This document shows, one piece after another, positions 38,465-51,628 of a DNA stretch of 64,000 nucleotides. Numbering within the stretch: the stretch's first letter is position 1; each line of letters starts with the position of its first letter. The stretch lies in contig NW_024704743.1 in assembly GCF_018977255.1 (NCBI RefSeq), forward strand, positions 84,012,001 through 84,076,000, in the 5' to 3' direction. The notes under the pieces were generated by a model, which was given only the letters and a program-made list of their open reading frames with translations, searched no databases and was not told the DNA's origin. Source of the stretch: Callorhinchus milii. Taxonomy: Eukaryota. The translations under genes were made by a program, and so were the position numbers.

Positions 38465-38600
38465 ACACCTCCAGTAAAGCAGCACACCTGCAATGAAGTG
38501 TCAGCTTAGACTATATGAGTTCCAATTCCCGACTTGGGGCTTGAGCCCAGAACCTTATGACTCAGAGGCAAGAGTGCTACCACTGAGCCAGACTGATACA
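38465..38600 (-). mobile_element. DeuSINE-like head
   Basis: gactcagaggcaagagtgctaccactgagccagactgataca. Confidence 0.75.
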
Positions 38601-39927
38601 TTTTGGTAATACAAATATTATTTTACACACTGCAGGTTGAAATTGTATAAAACATTTTAACATGATTAGGATGTGTTACATAGCATGATTATTTAAGTAT
38701 CATTTTGAAAATATGTGGATTGATCTGCTACAGATGTGCTGTGTGACCATTTGAATCCTGAATTTGCATTTCCATTAGATGGAAATGATAGTCTTTTCTA
38801 TTACTCTTTTACGACAATAACAATCTTCTATGTAGCAGGGTACTTTTTTAAAATAAACTCATTTTGAATTGATGGGCATTCAACTTGTAGGGAAATTAAT
38901 TTATTTGTTTGTTTTTATTTTTAATAAAATAAATAAACTCTTGAATGTGGAAGGGGAGAAATAAGGCCCTAAAGTGTTGTTAGCTTTTAAGAAACGGGCA
39001 ATCGCTTCAAGAGAGCCCAAGAGACCCTGACTGCACCAGCTGCTGGGAGCCTGAAAACACATGTCACATCCTTCAGCTGCTTATCTGTAAAGGATTGACA
39101 CAAAAGGCTCGATCTCACAGCACTTGACCTTGTTAACCTCTGGGGTGTGAATTGCCATTTTTGGGAGAGTCTGGCAAACTGATAGAGATTCTTTACTAAT
39201 GTAAGGAAGAACNTTTTTTTGGTTACTTTTTTAACATAAAATAAAATCATTGCTTTTATTGGTGGAACTGGTGCGCAAGAATGACTGGAAAATGTTACCT
39301 TTTTCAATTCTTATTCAGGAAATAAAATGCAACACATGTGTAAAATCTCCATGTTGTTGGCCATACAATAATAATAATCCTCGCATTTTATATTTCACAC
39401 GGGGAGAACATCTCAAAGCGCTTCATGTGATTTCCTGTAAGGTATAGTGACTGTATTTTGTAGGCAAAAGTATTCTAATGTTGATTACTACTAAACAATA
39501 TAAATTTAACTATTAGGGTTGGGAATTGTTTAATATTTTGAGGGGAAAAGTGGTCATAGATGTTAAAAGAAACACCACTTTTATGAAAATTCTTTTATTT
39601 CTTTGATATCGATAAAGCGTTCATGCTCACCTCAATCCCCCAAAAAAGAAAAAGCAGTTGGTATAACAGTTTTTTCACGAAGGGAATGACTTTTCAAAAA
39701 AATTGGGTATCGGTGACATTGAAGACTATTTCCAAATCTAATTGTGTCCCAGCATTTCCAGATTGCAAGAGGATGCTCACCACTGTTGCTGAGAAACACA
39801 GATGCATCTGTCACTGTCTGTCACCCACAGGCCATCTGGAATTCCAAGGATAGCATGTACTGTATTATCACCAACAGTAGCATATATTTCCACTACCCAC
39901 TGACTTAGACAATCAGGGCACCAGATG

Positions 39928-40152
39928 AGGACTGAGATTCCACCTAGTCTTACCTGTTTTGTCTTTAAATTTAAGATTGCGCAGAAAATTCTTAGATTTA
40001 GTATGAACTTGAGAGCTGTTTTTCCAACATTGTTAAAAATGAACCGACTTCTAAATTAAGATGAGATTTAAGATTTTTTTCACAATTCTACACAATCTTA
40101 AATTTAAAGCCAAAATGATCTTACAGGCTAAAGCTAAGCAGAATGTGGGCCT
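39928..40152. mobile_element. Palindromic MITE
   Basis: ctttaaatttaagattg / caatcttaaatttaaag arms; family of 25645. Confidence 0.65.
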
Positions 40153-40842
40153 CGTCCACTTCATAGGAATGCCAGCTTCAGTTGATTTAATTAAGCCTCT
40201 TCTCTTGTTCCGCGGACAACAGCAACAATTGCAGTGTGCTGGGGGCTTTAGCCCAAACCATCAAATCACTGGTGAGAGGAGAGCTGCTTCACAACCACAG
40301 CTAGTTGGTAATTATCAACTGGTTTGAATTCAATTTTCAGCAATCTGATAATTAGCACAGTACATGTTGCATTTTTCACCCCTCTTTATTTGTAAATTTG
40401 ATCGATAATCAAAAGCAGGATTATTTTTTTTAATCTTGAATAATGTTGAATCATGTTGTATTTAAATTCCTAAACTCTGTCTCATCGTTCAGTGGCATTC
40501 GGCACAGTGCACAGCGCAATGTGTTAAATATTGACATTTAATATGGACTCTATCTGTCCATATTGATGATCCCATTGACAGAGTGTAGAATTAAATATTA
40601 GTCTTTGTTAAGTTAACGTAATTAAAGTCAGTCAGTGTTTTGGTCACTGAGTTATAATCATTGATGCTGTCAAATGTCAATAGGTTAGTGACCACAGAGA
40701 TTGACACATTTTTGCTTCCAGTGATGTATGCTATTCTTTGTGGTTTTATTGATAGATTCATTTGTTGGACAGTCATGCTCAGATTAATTCAGCAGAGCTC
40801 TTGAGTCTTAAATAATACATTTCATCACATTTCCAACGCTAG

Positions 40843-41030
40843 TGGGGAGAAATTCCACCTGGGTCTAGATTTACTGTATTAACGAAGCATTTCATGATGT
40901 CCAGAATTTTACAAATTCTTAAATCAATGTATATTTTAAGGTCAGGTTTCAGTAAACAACTGTAAGTTTTCAGAAAACCGACTTCAAAGTTATGACTGAA
41001 TTTAAGTTTGTCAAATTCAAAATGCTTTAA
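40843..41030. mobile_element. MITE, partial (GGGGAGAAATTCCACC family)
   Basis: Begins tggggagaaattccacctgggtctagatttac. Confidence 0.65.
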
Positions 41031-41044
41031 AAAGCTATGGTAAA

Positions 41045-41225
41045 AATAAAATAAATTCTTGCATAGCATCTTTCACATCAGGAGGTGTTTCAAACCGCTT
41101 CACAGGATTTACTGTAAAGTGTGGTGACTGCGTGCTCTGTAGGCAAATGCAGCCAATTTGCTCACAGTGATGTCCCATAAACATATGTAGAGTGAATGAT
41201 AAGTTTTATCTGTGGGATTGTTAGT
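41045..41225 (-). mobile_element. DeuSINE-like 3' half
   Basis: Tail and core in reverse. Confidence 0.65.
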
Positions 41226-43039
41226 AAGGGAGTAAATCAAAACCTAGCTGGCCCCTGGGATATTTGAAAAACATTCTGTCTCAGAATAAAAAATCAAGAG
41301 ATTACAATGTAAATAAAATATCAAGTCATAATTGAGGGGAGCAATATTCTCATGCTTGTTATTAGGGATATCAAGAAAGAAACTGAGTGCTCTTCTACCG
41401 ACAAGCCTGGATTTTCCACTGAGCAGCACCAGGCTCCTGTAGTCTGTAAATTCTAATTTGAAAGAGTCAGAGTAATGCACTGAAGGGGCTCGTAATGAGC
41501 AGTTTAACAAGGTCATGAGTGCATAAAATAAACAAAATGTGCCAAGACAGGCGGAAAGTGCTGTGAAATAGCAACAAGAAAGTTATTTTTCCACTGAGGT
41601 TGAAACTGCTTATAATTTAGGTCCTTTAAATTTTTCGCGTTAATTTTATGTTAGTTTTAAAATTTATTATTATACTTTTATCTGTTTTTTTAAATAAATG
41701 TTTTTTGTGTATTTTTGGATGTTATTTTTGATTTGTTACATTACTACCTGTAGTGATCATTAAAGATGACCAAATTCACTGAGCTGATATTAGAAGGAGA
41801 AGTCCAACTATATAGGGGTAAATCTATGATGCTTCATTCCCATTTAATGTGATAATTATCACCGTGTGATAAGTATTGCTGGTGATAATTACGATAAAGG
41901 CAGAGTTGTGATCTTTTTGTGTCTAACCACACAAAACGACTGGTTGCCAGCAGAGCACCCCTCTGTTTCCGGAGAATAGTTTTGTCTACCTCTTTGCTTT
42001 CAGCTCCAGTTGGTGCTATGTTGCTTTTGAACGAGTGCTAATGATAAGTGTTACGCTCCCACATGCCATGATTTTCTGTCGATCACATCAATCTTTTTGT
42101 GGGGTGCAAATTGCAGCATATCACTCATCATAATTATCACATTGAACCGAAAATGTAGTAAGATGCTTTCAAGAATTATCATTTTTCTTAGGAGTGAAAC
42201 CTTACTCACCCCCCATCTGGAACCTATATATAACTTTTTTTTAAAAAATCCTTAACCAATATGTTTTTACATACAACACAATTTACATTTGTTTGTGGAA
42301 CAGTCACTCTACAATATATCCCATGAAGTGCTTTTGGATATTCTCCTGATGTGAAAGCTGCTATGCCAAATATAAGGATTATTATTATTTTATTATTATT
42401 GTTATCACAGCAGCTTTCATGTTGGGAAGATGTCTCAAAGTGTTTAATACAGCTGGCTTGGGAGTCGATCCAAGGTGCGTGTGTGTTGGGGGGGTGGGCA
42501 GAAGAGATTGGGGAGGGGAAGATCCCAAAGGCATGGTCAAAGAGGTAAATCTGAAAGTAAGTGCTGAGTCATAAATAATTTTGGTAGATTTGTTATATTA
42601 TCTCTGAAAGGGAGCTCTCAGACAACCTTGTGTTTCTCAAGAAAGGTCTGATCTCTCAGCTATTACCTCCACATTTTCTAATTCTGAGGTCAGTTCAGGA
42701 GAGCAGGTTTAGTTCCATTCATGAGCAACAACAACTTGCATTTATTTATATAGTGTCCTTCAGTTGGCGTAGTGCTAAAAGATAATGTTCCCAGATTTGT
42801 TAGAGGTCACTGTCTTTTGACCTATAGCTCTTCATCATATGTTTGCTGTGCTGTTCTAGAAGAGTGATTGATTCTGTCATGGGTCCTCTTTGGATGAACA
42901 CCAGTTGGCCTGGTTCTTGAGAACGACAGACTGTTACATACAGGTCTTTTACCTCCAGGGATGAATACATTCTTGACATCCATAAATCTTCTACATGCAC
43001 CCTACAACACCAGGTAGCAACAATTTGTTTTATGAAGTC

Positions 43040-43230
43040 AAGCCTGTTCCACCGTTTAATTAGATCATGGCTAATCTGTACCTCAACTAATCCTTTCAAT
43101 TCCAATTTCCTGCTTTCTCCCCATATCCCTCAATACCCTGACCTACCAAAAATCTATCAACCTCACTCTTGAAGATATGGATGGAACCAGTATGATCCAG
43201 CTCAGCCCTCATACTGTTATGGGGGTGAAG
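43040..43230 (-). mobile_element. CR1-type LINE 3' fragment
   Basis: gcctgttccaccgtttaattagatcatggctaatct...ccccatatccctcaataccc...aaatctatcaacctcactcttgaa. Confidence 0.65.
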
Positions 43231-44359
43231 TCCACACAATTGGTGATGGAATCCACAAAAGGGATCCTGAATAATCTGGATTTTTATTTGATCCTCAACA
43301 CCATCATTTCCTCTTCATAAAATTAACAAATGCTCCTTTTCAATAACAGTAGAAAGAACTGTAAAAGTTGGAAATTTAAAATAACACCAGAAATGCTGGA
43401 AAATGTATTCTTTCTTTTTTCTTTCTCTCTTTCTGAGACTGTTTCCTGCTGTCGGACAGATAAACTGATATTGCCTATCTATCTGAACTGACCCCAAATC
43501 CAACTCACAGAGGGAAACATTTTTATAAGATTCCTATCCTGACCTCTAACATTAAAACTCGCTTACACGACCAGTATTTACTAACATCAAATTAAATATT
43601 ATGATAAATTTTGACTCAAAAAGTACTTTATATAATATTGCAATAGAAATCATAATCTATCTGATTAAAAAAAGAAAAAAAATTGCATTTTTATACATTA
43701 AAGATTAGTGACATTTTATTCTTTTCTCTGAATAGATTGTCATAGAAAATGTGATTTGTTAGGTATTAATATGAGGAACAATTGGTGTTTGAATACACCT
43801 TCAACATTTTTATTCCTGTTAATAGTCAAGTGCGAATTCTTGTGCATTTTGTGTATTTAAATATACCCATTAGCACTTTACTGGCGTTGTGTAAGGCTTA
43901 CACACAATGAGAATTTACACACCACACTACAACAACAACTTGCATTTATACAGCACCCTTCATGTGGGCTAGCGTCTCAGAGCATTCAACAGTGGTGGAG
44001 CTTGAACTACATTGCATGACTGTATTGGAACTGACTTCTGCAGTGCAGACCAGCCAACCTTTACTGTTATTTCTGTGATGACTGCATTATTGTAGGAAAT
44101 CAAAGAACAGATTAAGTTACAAATAAGCATCAGAAAGACAATGCCAAATTCCACTTTAGTGTAAAAGAAAGTGCTTGTGATGTTCTTTTAGTGATTTTTA
44201 GCAGTAACAAAAGCTATGTAGATTGTTAGCATTAATAACAGAATAAATTATTTGGAGTAGCATAATCACGACTGATAATGTTAAAGAGGAACTCTATTCA
44301 GCTTTATTTTGTATTTATTTGAGAACAAAATTTTCTGGCAAATACTTTGAACCTTCATG

Positions 44360-44542
44360 AGTTGAAATTCCACCTGATCATGAGACCATTTTGTTTTAGA
44401 ATAGGATTGCAGAAAATTCTTAAATTCAGTCTTAATTTGAATACTGGTTTTCTGCCGTTTGTAAAAAGAAATCAACTTCCAAATTAAGACTAAATTGAAG
44501 ATATTTCCACTATTCTCATGATCTTAAACTATAAGACAAAAT
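44360..44542. mobile_element. Palindromic MITE
   Basis: ttcagtcttaatttg / caaattaagactaaa arms. Confidence 0.6.
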
Positions 44543-45124
44543 AATAATAATCCTTTCAAAAACAAAAACAGAAGTCGCTGGGAACATACAGCAGGTCAGG
44601 CAGCTTCTATGGAGAAAGAAACGTGAGTCAACATTTCGGGTTTTACCTTTTACTTATTGTTTTAGCTTGTTCCTGCCCCCACTGAACTGATCTTCCAGTT
44701 TCTTGCCATTTCAACTCACCCTCCCACTCGCACTCTGACCTCTCCATCCACGGTCTGTTCCAATGAGCCACAACACAAGCTCGCGGAACAGCACCTCATT
44801 TATTTTCTAGGGACTTTACAACCCTCTGGCCTCAATATTGATTTCAACAATTTCAGACCATAAAAGCTCACCTTCCCCCTCCCCCTCTTCCGTGACCATT
44901 GCCACATCATCCGAGTCCCAGACACACCTTTTCTCTCTCCAATCTGCCTGTTTTGTTGCAAATTCCCCCCCTCCCTTTTGTTTTTTGGGCACTTTGGGAT
45001 GTCCTCCTGACATGATAGGCGCTCTATAAGTGTAATTTTGTTGTTGTTGTTGTTCTGCAGTATTCGCACCTTTATTCCCCTGCTTTGTTGCAATCCTCCC
45101 TTTGTTCTGCATCATTAACACCTC

Positions 45125-45438
45125 TTTAAGCAGACTCCGCCACTGCCTCACCCCTCAGGCTGCCGAAACCCTCACCCGCGCATTTGTCACCTCAAGGCTT
45201 TCCCAAGTCTTCCCTTTACAAGCTAAAGATCATCCAAAACTCTGCAGCTCGTGTGGTCTCCCGCACCAGGCTCCGTGACCCCATCACTCCCATCCTCGCC
45301 CAACTCCACCCTTCTCTTCAACCATGCCTTTGGTCTCCCTCCCACCTCTCTGCCTTCCCTCAGCCCTATACCACTTCTGCCCCATGCTCAGGCCCTGACA
45401 CCTGACTCTATAAATGTAATTTTGTTGTTGTTGTTGTT
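45125..45438 (+). mobile_element. L2 3' part with internal deletions, nested in the PLE
   Basis: LKIIQNSAARVVSRTRLRDPITPILAQLH; (TTG)n tail; a further L2 tail at ~44985-45053. Confidence 0.8.
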
Positions 45439-45542
45439 AACCCATTATTCCCTGTCCTCTACCCCATTTTCTCCTTTGTCTTCCTTGCCCTGCCTCCTCC
45501 CTCTCTGTTAGTCCTTAAAAGCCTCTCCCTCCCAACATGCCG

Positions 45543-45581
45543 CAGTTTTGATGAAGGGTCATGGACCCAAAACGTTGACTC
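45543..45581 (+). ncRNA. Degenerate minimal hammerhead ribozyme motif (PLE type)
   Basis: cagtt-ttgatga-a-gggtc-atg-gaccc-aaaa-cgtt-gactc: stem II intact, stem I 4/5; core C3 and G12 mutated. Confidence 0.55.
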
Positions 45582-46111
45582 ACTTTCCTTTCTCCATAGA
45601 TGCTGCCTGACCTGCTGAGTGTTCCCAGTGACTTCTGTTTTTGCTTTCAGATTTCCAGGATCTGCAGTATTTTGCGTTTTGCTTATAATAATCCTTGCAT
45701 TTGATATAGCGCTTTTCACAGTGAGAGAACTCTGAACTGTAAGTGCTATGTATTTTGTGGAAAAACAGAATAACACAGGTGGATACGTTGTTGCCTTCAG
45801 AGCAATTTTGCAATTTTTTAGTTCCATATGCAATGACATTGCTTCTCCTTTGAGCTAAGCATTCTGGATAGGATTAGATCCATGTAATCAGTTTCTACAT
45901 GTAACTGACTTGTAAAACTTCCCTCATTATTTAGAATCATAAATCAGGTATTTATTTTCATGAGACAGAATTCTATGAAAAGTTTTATAGTTGAGCAATA
46001 GAATTTTACAGTACGGCTGTAGATCACAGGCTGGTGAGAAGGATGTCCTTCTTTGCAGGGCACATCATGAGAAGGAAGAGCTTAAGTATCAACTTGTGTT
46101 GAAAACATTAG

Positions 46112-46506
46112 TAATAATAATAATCCCTGCATTTAGTGCAGCATCCTTTACATCAGAAGGATTGCTCAAAGTGCTTCAAAGAATTTATTGTAAAGTATAG
46201 TGACTGTATTTTGTAAGCGAATGTGGCAACCAATTTACACACAGCAATGTCCCACAAATTTTACTTGCGGGAATATTAGCCAGACTATTGGGAGAAACTC
46301 TCGTTTTCTTTTCAAATTTTGCCATGTCCATCTGAGCAGATAGATGGGACCTTGTTTTATTTTCTCATCCAAAGGTCAGCACTTCCAACAATGCAGCGCC
46401 ATTGCATTGGAGTGTCATCCTAGACTGTGAGCTCACATTACAGATGTGGGACCCACAAACTTCTGACTCAGAGGTGAGAGTGCTACCAACTCAGCCAGGC
46501 CAACAC
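46112..46506 (-). mobile_element. DeuSINE-like SINE, near full length
   Basis: (AAT)n, core, and head gactcagaggtgagagtgctaccaactcagccaggc. Confidence 0.8.
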
Positions 46507-46734
46507 GTGAATGTTAACTTTGAAGAAATGGTGTATTTTACGATCTAGCATCTCGAATAGATATAGACTAACTTGCATTCTGACTTAGCTTGATAGGCAT
46601 GCTTGCCTACATCCCCATGAAGAAATAGCAGAGTCTAGATTGAGAACTCGTGTCTTTCAGAAGGTGGAATGTACTTTGTTAATCTTTGTAAACTCTGCCT
46701 GTTTGCGACTAGGCTTCCTGTGCTTCCTTGTTCC

Positions 46735-46915
46735 TTTGCTACCTTCGATGTTATTAATCGTTCAATCCTTCTCCAGCATCTCTCCTCCCTGAAACACATC
46801 CACTGCTATTCTGGCAAACTTCCTGTTAAGTCCTGGATGAGCCTTAACTTTCAGTGTCAACAGAATTGTTGCTATCCTACTATGCTTTCATTAGTGCCTT
46901 CTCACCACTGGCACT
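46735..46915 (+). mobile_element. Highly degraded L2 RT fragment
   Basis: ATFDVINRSILLQHLSS resembles AFDxIxHSILL. Confidence 0.45.
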
Positions 46916-47224
46916 GATTGTATTCATCATGCTCATGGCTGCTCAGGGGTCAGCCTGAGACAGAGAGTCCTTATTTTTGAGATTCCTTTCACAAATCATG
47001 CATTTTGGACTCCAATTGGGGAAGCTTTCTGGTGAGCACTTTTGGTAATTCACGGTTATAATAGGAAAGCACATTATAGCATGGCAATGGATATAACGCT
47101 CATTCTCTTTCCCACAATAGCCACCAAAGTCCTAATACAAAAGGTTCTTCTTGAGAAAATACCATTAAATATCTCAAGTGATTTTCAGATGAAGAAGTGC
47201 CTTTGTCCCCTTTGATGTAATTCT

Positions 47225-47480
47225 TCCTTCATACCCACTCTATGATCTTTCCATTACAACATCCCGTGTTGTGAAATGAATTCAGGGTCCTGGCCTCAAT
47301 CACCCATCCTGGTAACTTATTCAGCTTTTGTTTGCTCTCTGGGTAAATAAAACAACCCTTCCTGGTATCTTTCCTAAAATTGCCCTTCACAGCCCTGAAC
47401 CTATGCCCTCTTATCCTGCTGTCTTGGATTATCCCAATGTATTGTTCTAGTATAAGCATTTATCAAATTGTTCTCCTTAA
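47225..47480 (-). mobile_element. CR1-type LINE ORF2 C-terminus
   Basis: IRGHRFRAVKGNFRKDTRKGCF...NKLPGWVIEARTLNSF. Confidence 0.75.
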
Positions 47481-48344
47481 GCAAGGATTTTTGATGAATA
47501 TTGGTTTTAAAGAACATTTCTATTGAAAGGGTGTCAATTACTTAATACAAATGTTATGCATTGTACAAAAGCTTTTGGAATTTTCCCATGCTCCAAAATT
47601 TTAGTCAGAATGTTTTTTGCATGGCAGAGACATGAAGCATTTGAAGTACTTCAGACGTCCTGAATTATTTGCAATCCCTCTATTGATGGAACTGCTGGGG
47701 AGATTGCATTCATGCTGCTAACTAATAATATTACTAACTGTTTCCTTGATCAATATTAACACATTTGTGCTTTGGCCCCAGTCAATGCTATCAATACTTT
47801 GATTTAATTTATGTTTTGAGAGAAAATTCAGAAAAGGCAACCATTTAGAAATACGAAAAAATCAACATGCAAAAGGTGAAATTCTATTTTGATGGCCCCA
47901 TTGTGTATAAGAAAGAAAAGAGATCGATAACACGCTGAAGATGGTAACAGCTGTAAGCAGTCTTGTACTAGGGCTGTAATCCTGATGAATAATGTTGCTG
48001 TCATAACAGCAGGGATAATTTAATGCTGACACTTAGCAGCATGATAAATAGCTTGTCAGACATAGGCAGTGACAGAGTCAAGGGAAACTGCCCATGACAA
48101 GTTCTGAAATATTAATCTTCTACTAGACTGTGACTGTGCTAAGGGGATAGGGAAAGAAGACTAGGTAAATCAGTTTTTGTGAGGTACAAACTATTTTTCT
48201 TTTAAAAACAGAACAAAACCTCCTTTCGAGTGCACTGTATGAAGTCCTGTCATATCAATTCAACGCCTTGGGTTTCGACAGATAAACGTTCCTAATTATA
48301 ACAGCGTTAACAATGGATTACATCTTATACATGTGTTGTTATGA

Positions 48345-48685
48345 AGCATGGATTACATGTCTATCAAAGGAATGCTCAGCAGACTCAGACCTGCTGTGCT
48401 TCCCCCGTTCCTCTTCACTCCCTCCACCCCTCATCAAATACCAAGCCTTCAGCAATTACACCCCAACCCATGGAACTCCCTCCCTTTAGCCCTCTATTTT
48501 GCCCCTCTCTCTCTAATAATTACCTGCCTGTTTTCCCCGCTCTTCCTTGCTTGGTGTCTGACACCGTCTCTGTGAAGCACTCTGACATGTAATGTTAGGT
48601 GAAGGGTGCTATACAAATGCAAGTTAATGTCTTGCAGCGTTTCCAAGATGCTACCCTGCCTGAATAAATACAAGTTGTTGTTGTT
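48345..48685 (+). mobile_element. Degraded L2 3' end with a second L2 tail
   Basis: gaagggtgctatacaaatgcaag; tacaagttgttgttgt. Confidence 0.6.
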
Positions 48686-48949
48686 TGCAACGATCAGATT
48701 CACCCACTCACTCACCGATAGTGGGGTAGATGAGCAGAGGGGAAGGAAGTCAGGCGGTCATAGGTGGGGTGAGACTTTGGAGGGATTTCAATTTTACAAG
48801 AGTAGCTTTGGAATATCTGGTACCTCTGGGAAGAACTGAGTGTGTCAGCAGACTTGAGATCAACTAAGCTCCCTACATCATACCTTGGATTTTGTTCCTA
48901 CAATGACACAGAATAACTTCCGGTGGTTTCATATATCAATGTGGCATTT

Positions 48950-49210
48950 ACAACGATTTGCATTTATAAAGCACTTTTCAGGCAGGATAGCATCTCGGAG
49001 GCATGTCAAGTTGTAGGGGTGGATACTGACGGAGGGAAATGGGGGAGGTGACCATAGGCATGGTATAAGAGGTCAATCTTAAAGTGGGATATAAAGATAA
49101 AGAGGGGCAGGACAGAAAGATTAGGGGAGTTCCAGAGATTAGGGGACTCGGCCACCGATGGTGGTTTTGAGGGGTCAGGGAAGGAATATCAGGTAGCAGC
49201 AGGCCTGATA
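48950..49210 (-). mobile_element. Degraded L2 3' end
   Basis: acaacgatttgcatttataaagcac...gagttccagag...ggccaccgatgg. Confidence 0.6.
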
Positions 49211-50314
49211 TCAGGTAATAACCACTTTTTATCACTTCATTGATCTTCAGTTCTTACTCCTTTCTTATTTGCTGGGATATTATTGGAGGAAAATAGATTT
49301 CTTTAAATATTGAAACATAGTCACGATTTCTGTTTCTTTTACTTGAAAGAAATGCTCAGAACAGGTGTAATGTAAAAAAAACCTTTGTTAAAATATAAAT
49401 AGATTCAACAGAATTAATTTATTCCCAATCAGAAATGACAGGATATGCATGAGAGTTCTAACTTAATTTCTCTTGTGCTTGACATTGAGATTCTTACCTA
49501 AATACTCCAAAAAAATCCAGGAAAGCTGTGTAATTATATGCTTTGGAATTGTGTCTCCCGTTGACAAAATTATCCTGGTTAATTACAGTTCCCGTCCATC
49601 AATATTATGCAGTTAGCAAACGATAATAGGCTACATAAACTCAGACAATGACGTACCATTGAATGGATTACACTGTTGGTCCTTCTGTTCAATCAGTGAT
49701 ATTAACCCTTCAAACCTCAGCAGGTAACAAACTTGCCATTATTTTTCAATAGACAGTTTTATTACGTTCTGTGTCTTTACTTTCTCTGTGTCCCTGCACC
49801 ATGCACCTTCCCTGCTTGAACATCCCCTCTCTTAGGCTCTGTCAGTGGTAGCTTTAGTTGAGGTGTGCAGGAGCAGATTGGAACTCCAAGTGAGTAATGC
49901 CCTATAAGAGGAAAGTTGCGATCAGGAACTCAACATTTGGGGATCTCAAGGCGTCAATCCATACCCCATCCTATCACTCTTTGGTCCAAGGCTATTACAT
50001 TTTGGCCTCTTGAAGTATTTAAAGATTATGTTTTACTAGATTCCCTTTGTACAATTACATTCATTTCTGTTTGAATCTAAACAGATCCTCAATAGATCTA
50101 TGGAGTATGTAGTCCAAATGTTAGGGGCAGCTATGGGATGTTTAGGCTTTTACAAATATGATGCTTACAAACCAGATGAGATTTAGAGGGCCAACTGAAT
50201 GAACACTGTAAATGTCATTCTTACAAGTAATGAGAAATACAAATGATCATTTCTCTATGTGATGTAAACCAGCTAGATACTGCCCCCAAGCAGTCCCTCA
50301 TGATCACAAAGGAT

Positions 50315-50510
50315 ACTTGGATAAAGAAGGCCCTTTGGCCAATTTGCTCTCATTCTTCAAGACAATCTTACATTACAGAATCAACCTGCTTCTTGAATGA
50401 ATCCAATGTACTGAACTCCACTACCCTTCCTGTTACCTATTCCAGCTGTTAGTTTGCCTCTGTAAAAATAAACACCTCCTGATGCTGTTCTAAAATTGCT
50501 TTCCATGATC
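50315..50510 (-). mobile_element. CR1-type LINE 3' fragment
   Basis: aagaaggccctttggcc...cttcttgaatgaatcc...ccactacccttcctg. Confidence 0.55.
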
Positions 50511-50749
50511 CATAAATTATATGTACAAACTCAATACATCAAAATTGCACGAATTTAAAGAGAAATTTCTTAGTACAATGAAATGAATAATATAGAGAAG
50601 AGCACTATTTCTAGTAATACATTTCAGTGATTATTATTATTATAGCGCATTTCATGTTGGGAGGGTGTGTCAAAACACTTCACAGGATCCACTGTAAAGC
50701 CCCATGACTGTATTTTTCAGGAGAACGTTAAAATCAATTATAGAGATTC

Positions 50750-50968
50750 TGGGCTCAAAATTTCACCTTGTTCTAGCCATTTTGTGTTATGAATTGTGGA
50801 AAGATTCATTCATTCTAAATGTAATCTTAATTGTTTTATACAGTTCTTAAAAAAGACTTGGGTGCCAAATAAAGACTGAATTGAAGAATTTCTTCCAAAT
50901 CAGTGGTCATCCTAATTTCTAAGACAACATTGGTCTAACAACCTCAGACTAGTTAAAATTTCAGGCCT
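50750..50968. mobile_element. Palindromic MITE
   Basis: gggctcaaaatttcacc ... aaaatttcaggcct termini; family of 25645. Confidence 0.55.
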
Positions 50969-50994
50969 ATTGTTGTCCTTCTTTAAATAATTTT

Positions 50995-51318
50995 CTTTCT
51001 TCTTCTCCTGAACACTGGACTAGGAACTTCCAGCACCTTATCCAAATGTCCATTCTTCATTGTGAGCTCGGGCAGTGAGTGTTGACGGTCTATTTGATCA
51101 TGGAAAACGTCAAGCATCACAGTCAAGCCAGATCTTGACCTCACATGATGTACATACTAACATAAATATTTGGGCAAAGATCACTAAATAGTGAGCAGGA
51201 GCATTGGCTGCTTGTTCCACTTGCTAACATAGACTTGCCATTGAACTTGATATCTTCATGATCTGTATTATTCAGTATATGAGCAAAAGCTTGTATTTAC
51301 GTACTGAGCATTTGGAGA
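50995..51318 (-). mobile_element. LF-SINE-like element
   Basis: ccattcttcattgtgagctcgggcagtgagtgttgac...gcatcacagtcaagccagatcttgacctcac matches the reverse of the LF-SINE body as recalled. Confidence 0.7.
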
Positions 51319-51321
51319 ATG

Positions 51322-51520
51322 ACAACCACAACAACTTGCGTATATAGCACCCTTCACAGGGGTAACACCTCGGAGCACTTAACAGTGGTCTAGCTTGACG
51401 CTGAGCTGAAGAGAGAGGGGAAGTGATCATAGGCACGGCTGAAGAGGAAGGCCTTCAGGTGTGATCTAAAGATGGGCACAGAGGGAACAAACAAAAGGGA
51501 TTGAGGCCATGTTCCAGAAA
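51322..51520 (-). mobile_element. L2 3' end (second subfamily)
   Basis: caacaacttgcgtatatagcaccct; matches 26075-26265. Confidence 0.7.
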
Positions 51521-51628
51521 TTCTCTTCCAAAGAAATCATTTAATATAGTACTTTAAAACTATTTAGATATCCCTAACATTACCACCATTGCCTTGCATA
51601 ATTATTCTGCCTGTTCAGATAGACATTA

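Larger units (their letters stand above)
44558..45683 (+). mobile_element. Penelope-like element fragment: inverted terminal repeat (44558-44650), GIY-YIG C-terminus, direct terminal repeat (~45543-45683); interrupted by L2 pieces
   Basis: 44689-44863 translates DLPVSCHFNSPSHSHSDLSIHGL / EPQHKLAEQHLIYFLGTLQPSGLNIDFNNFRP*, the PLE endonuclease tail (HF...E..LI..LGTL.P.GLN); inverted 5' repeat is typical of PLEs. Confidence 0.85.

Noticed and set aside
39213..39213. Single N within a T run
   Set aside because: Assembly ambiguity
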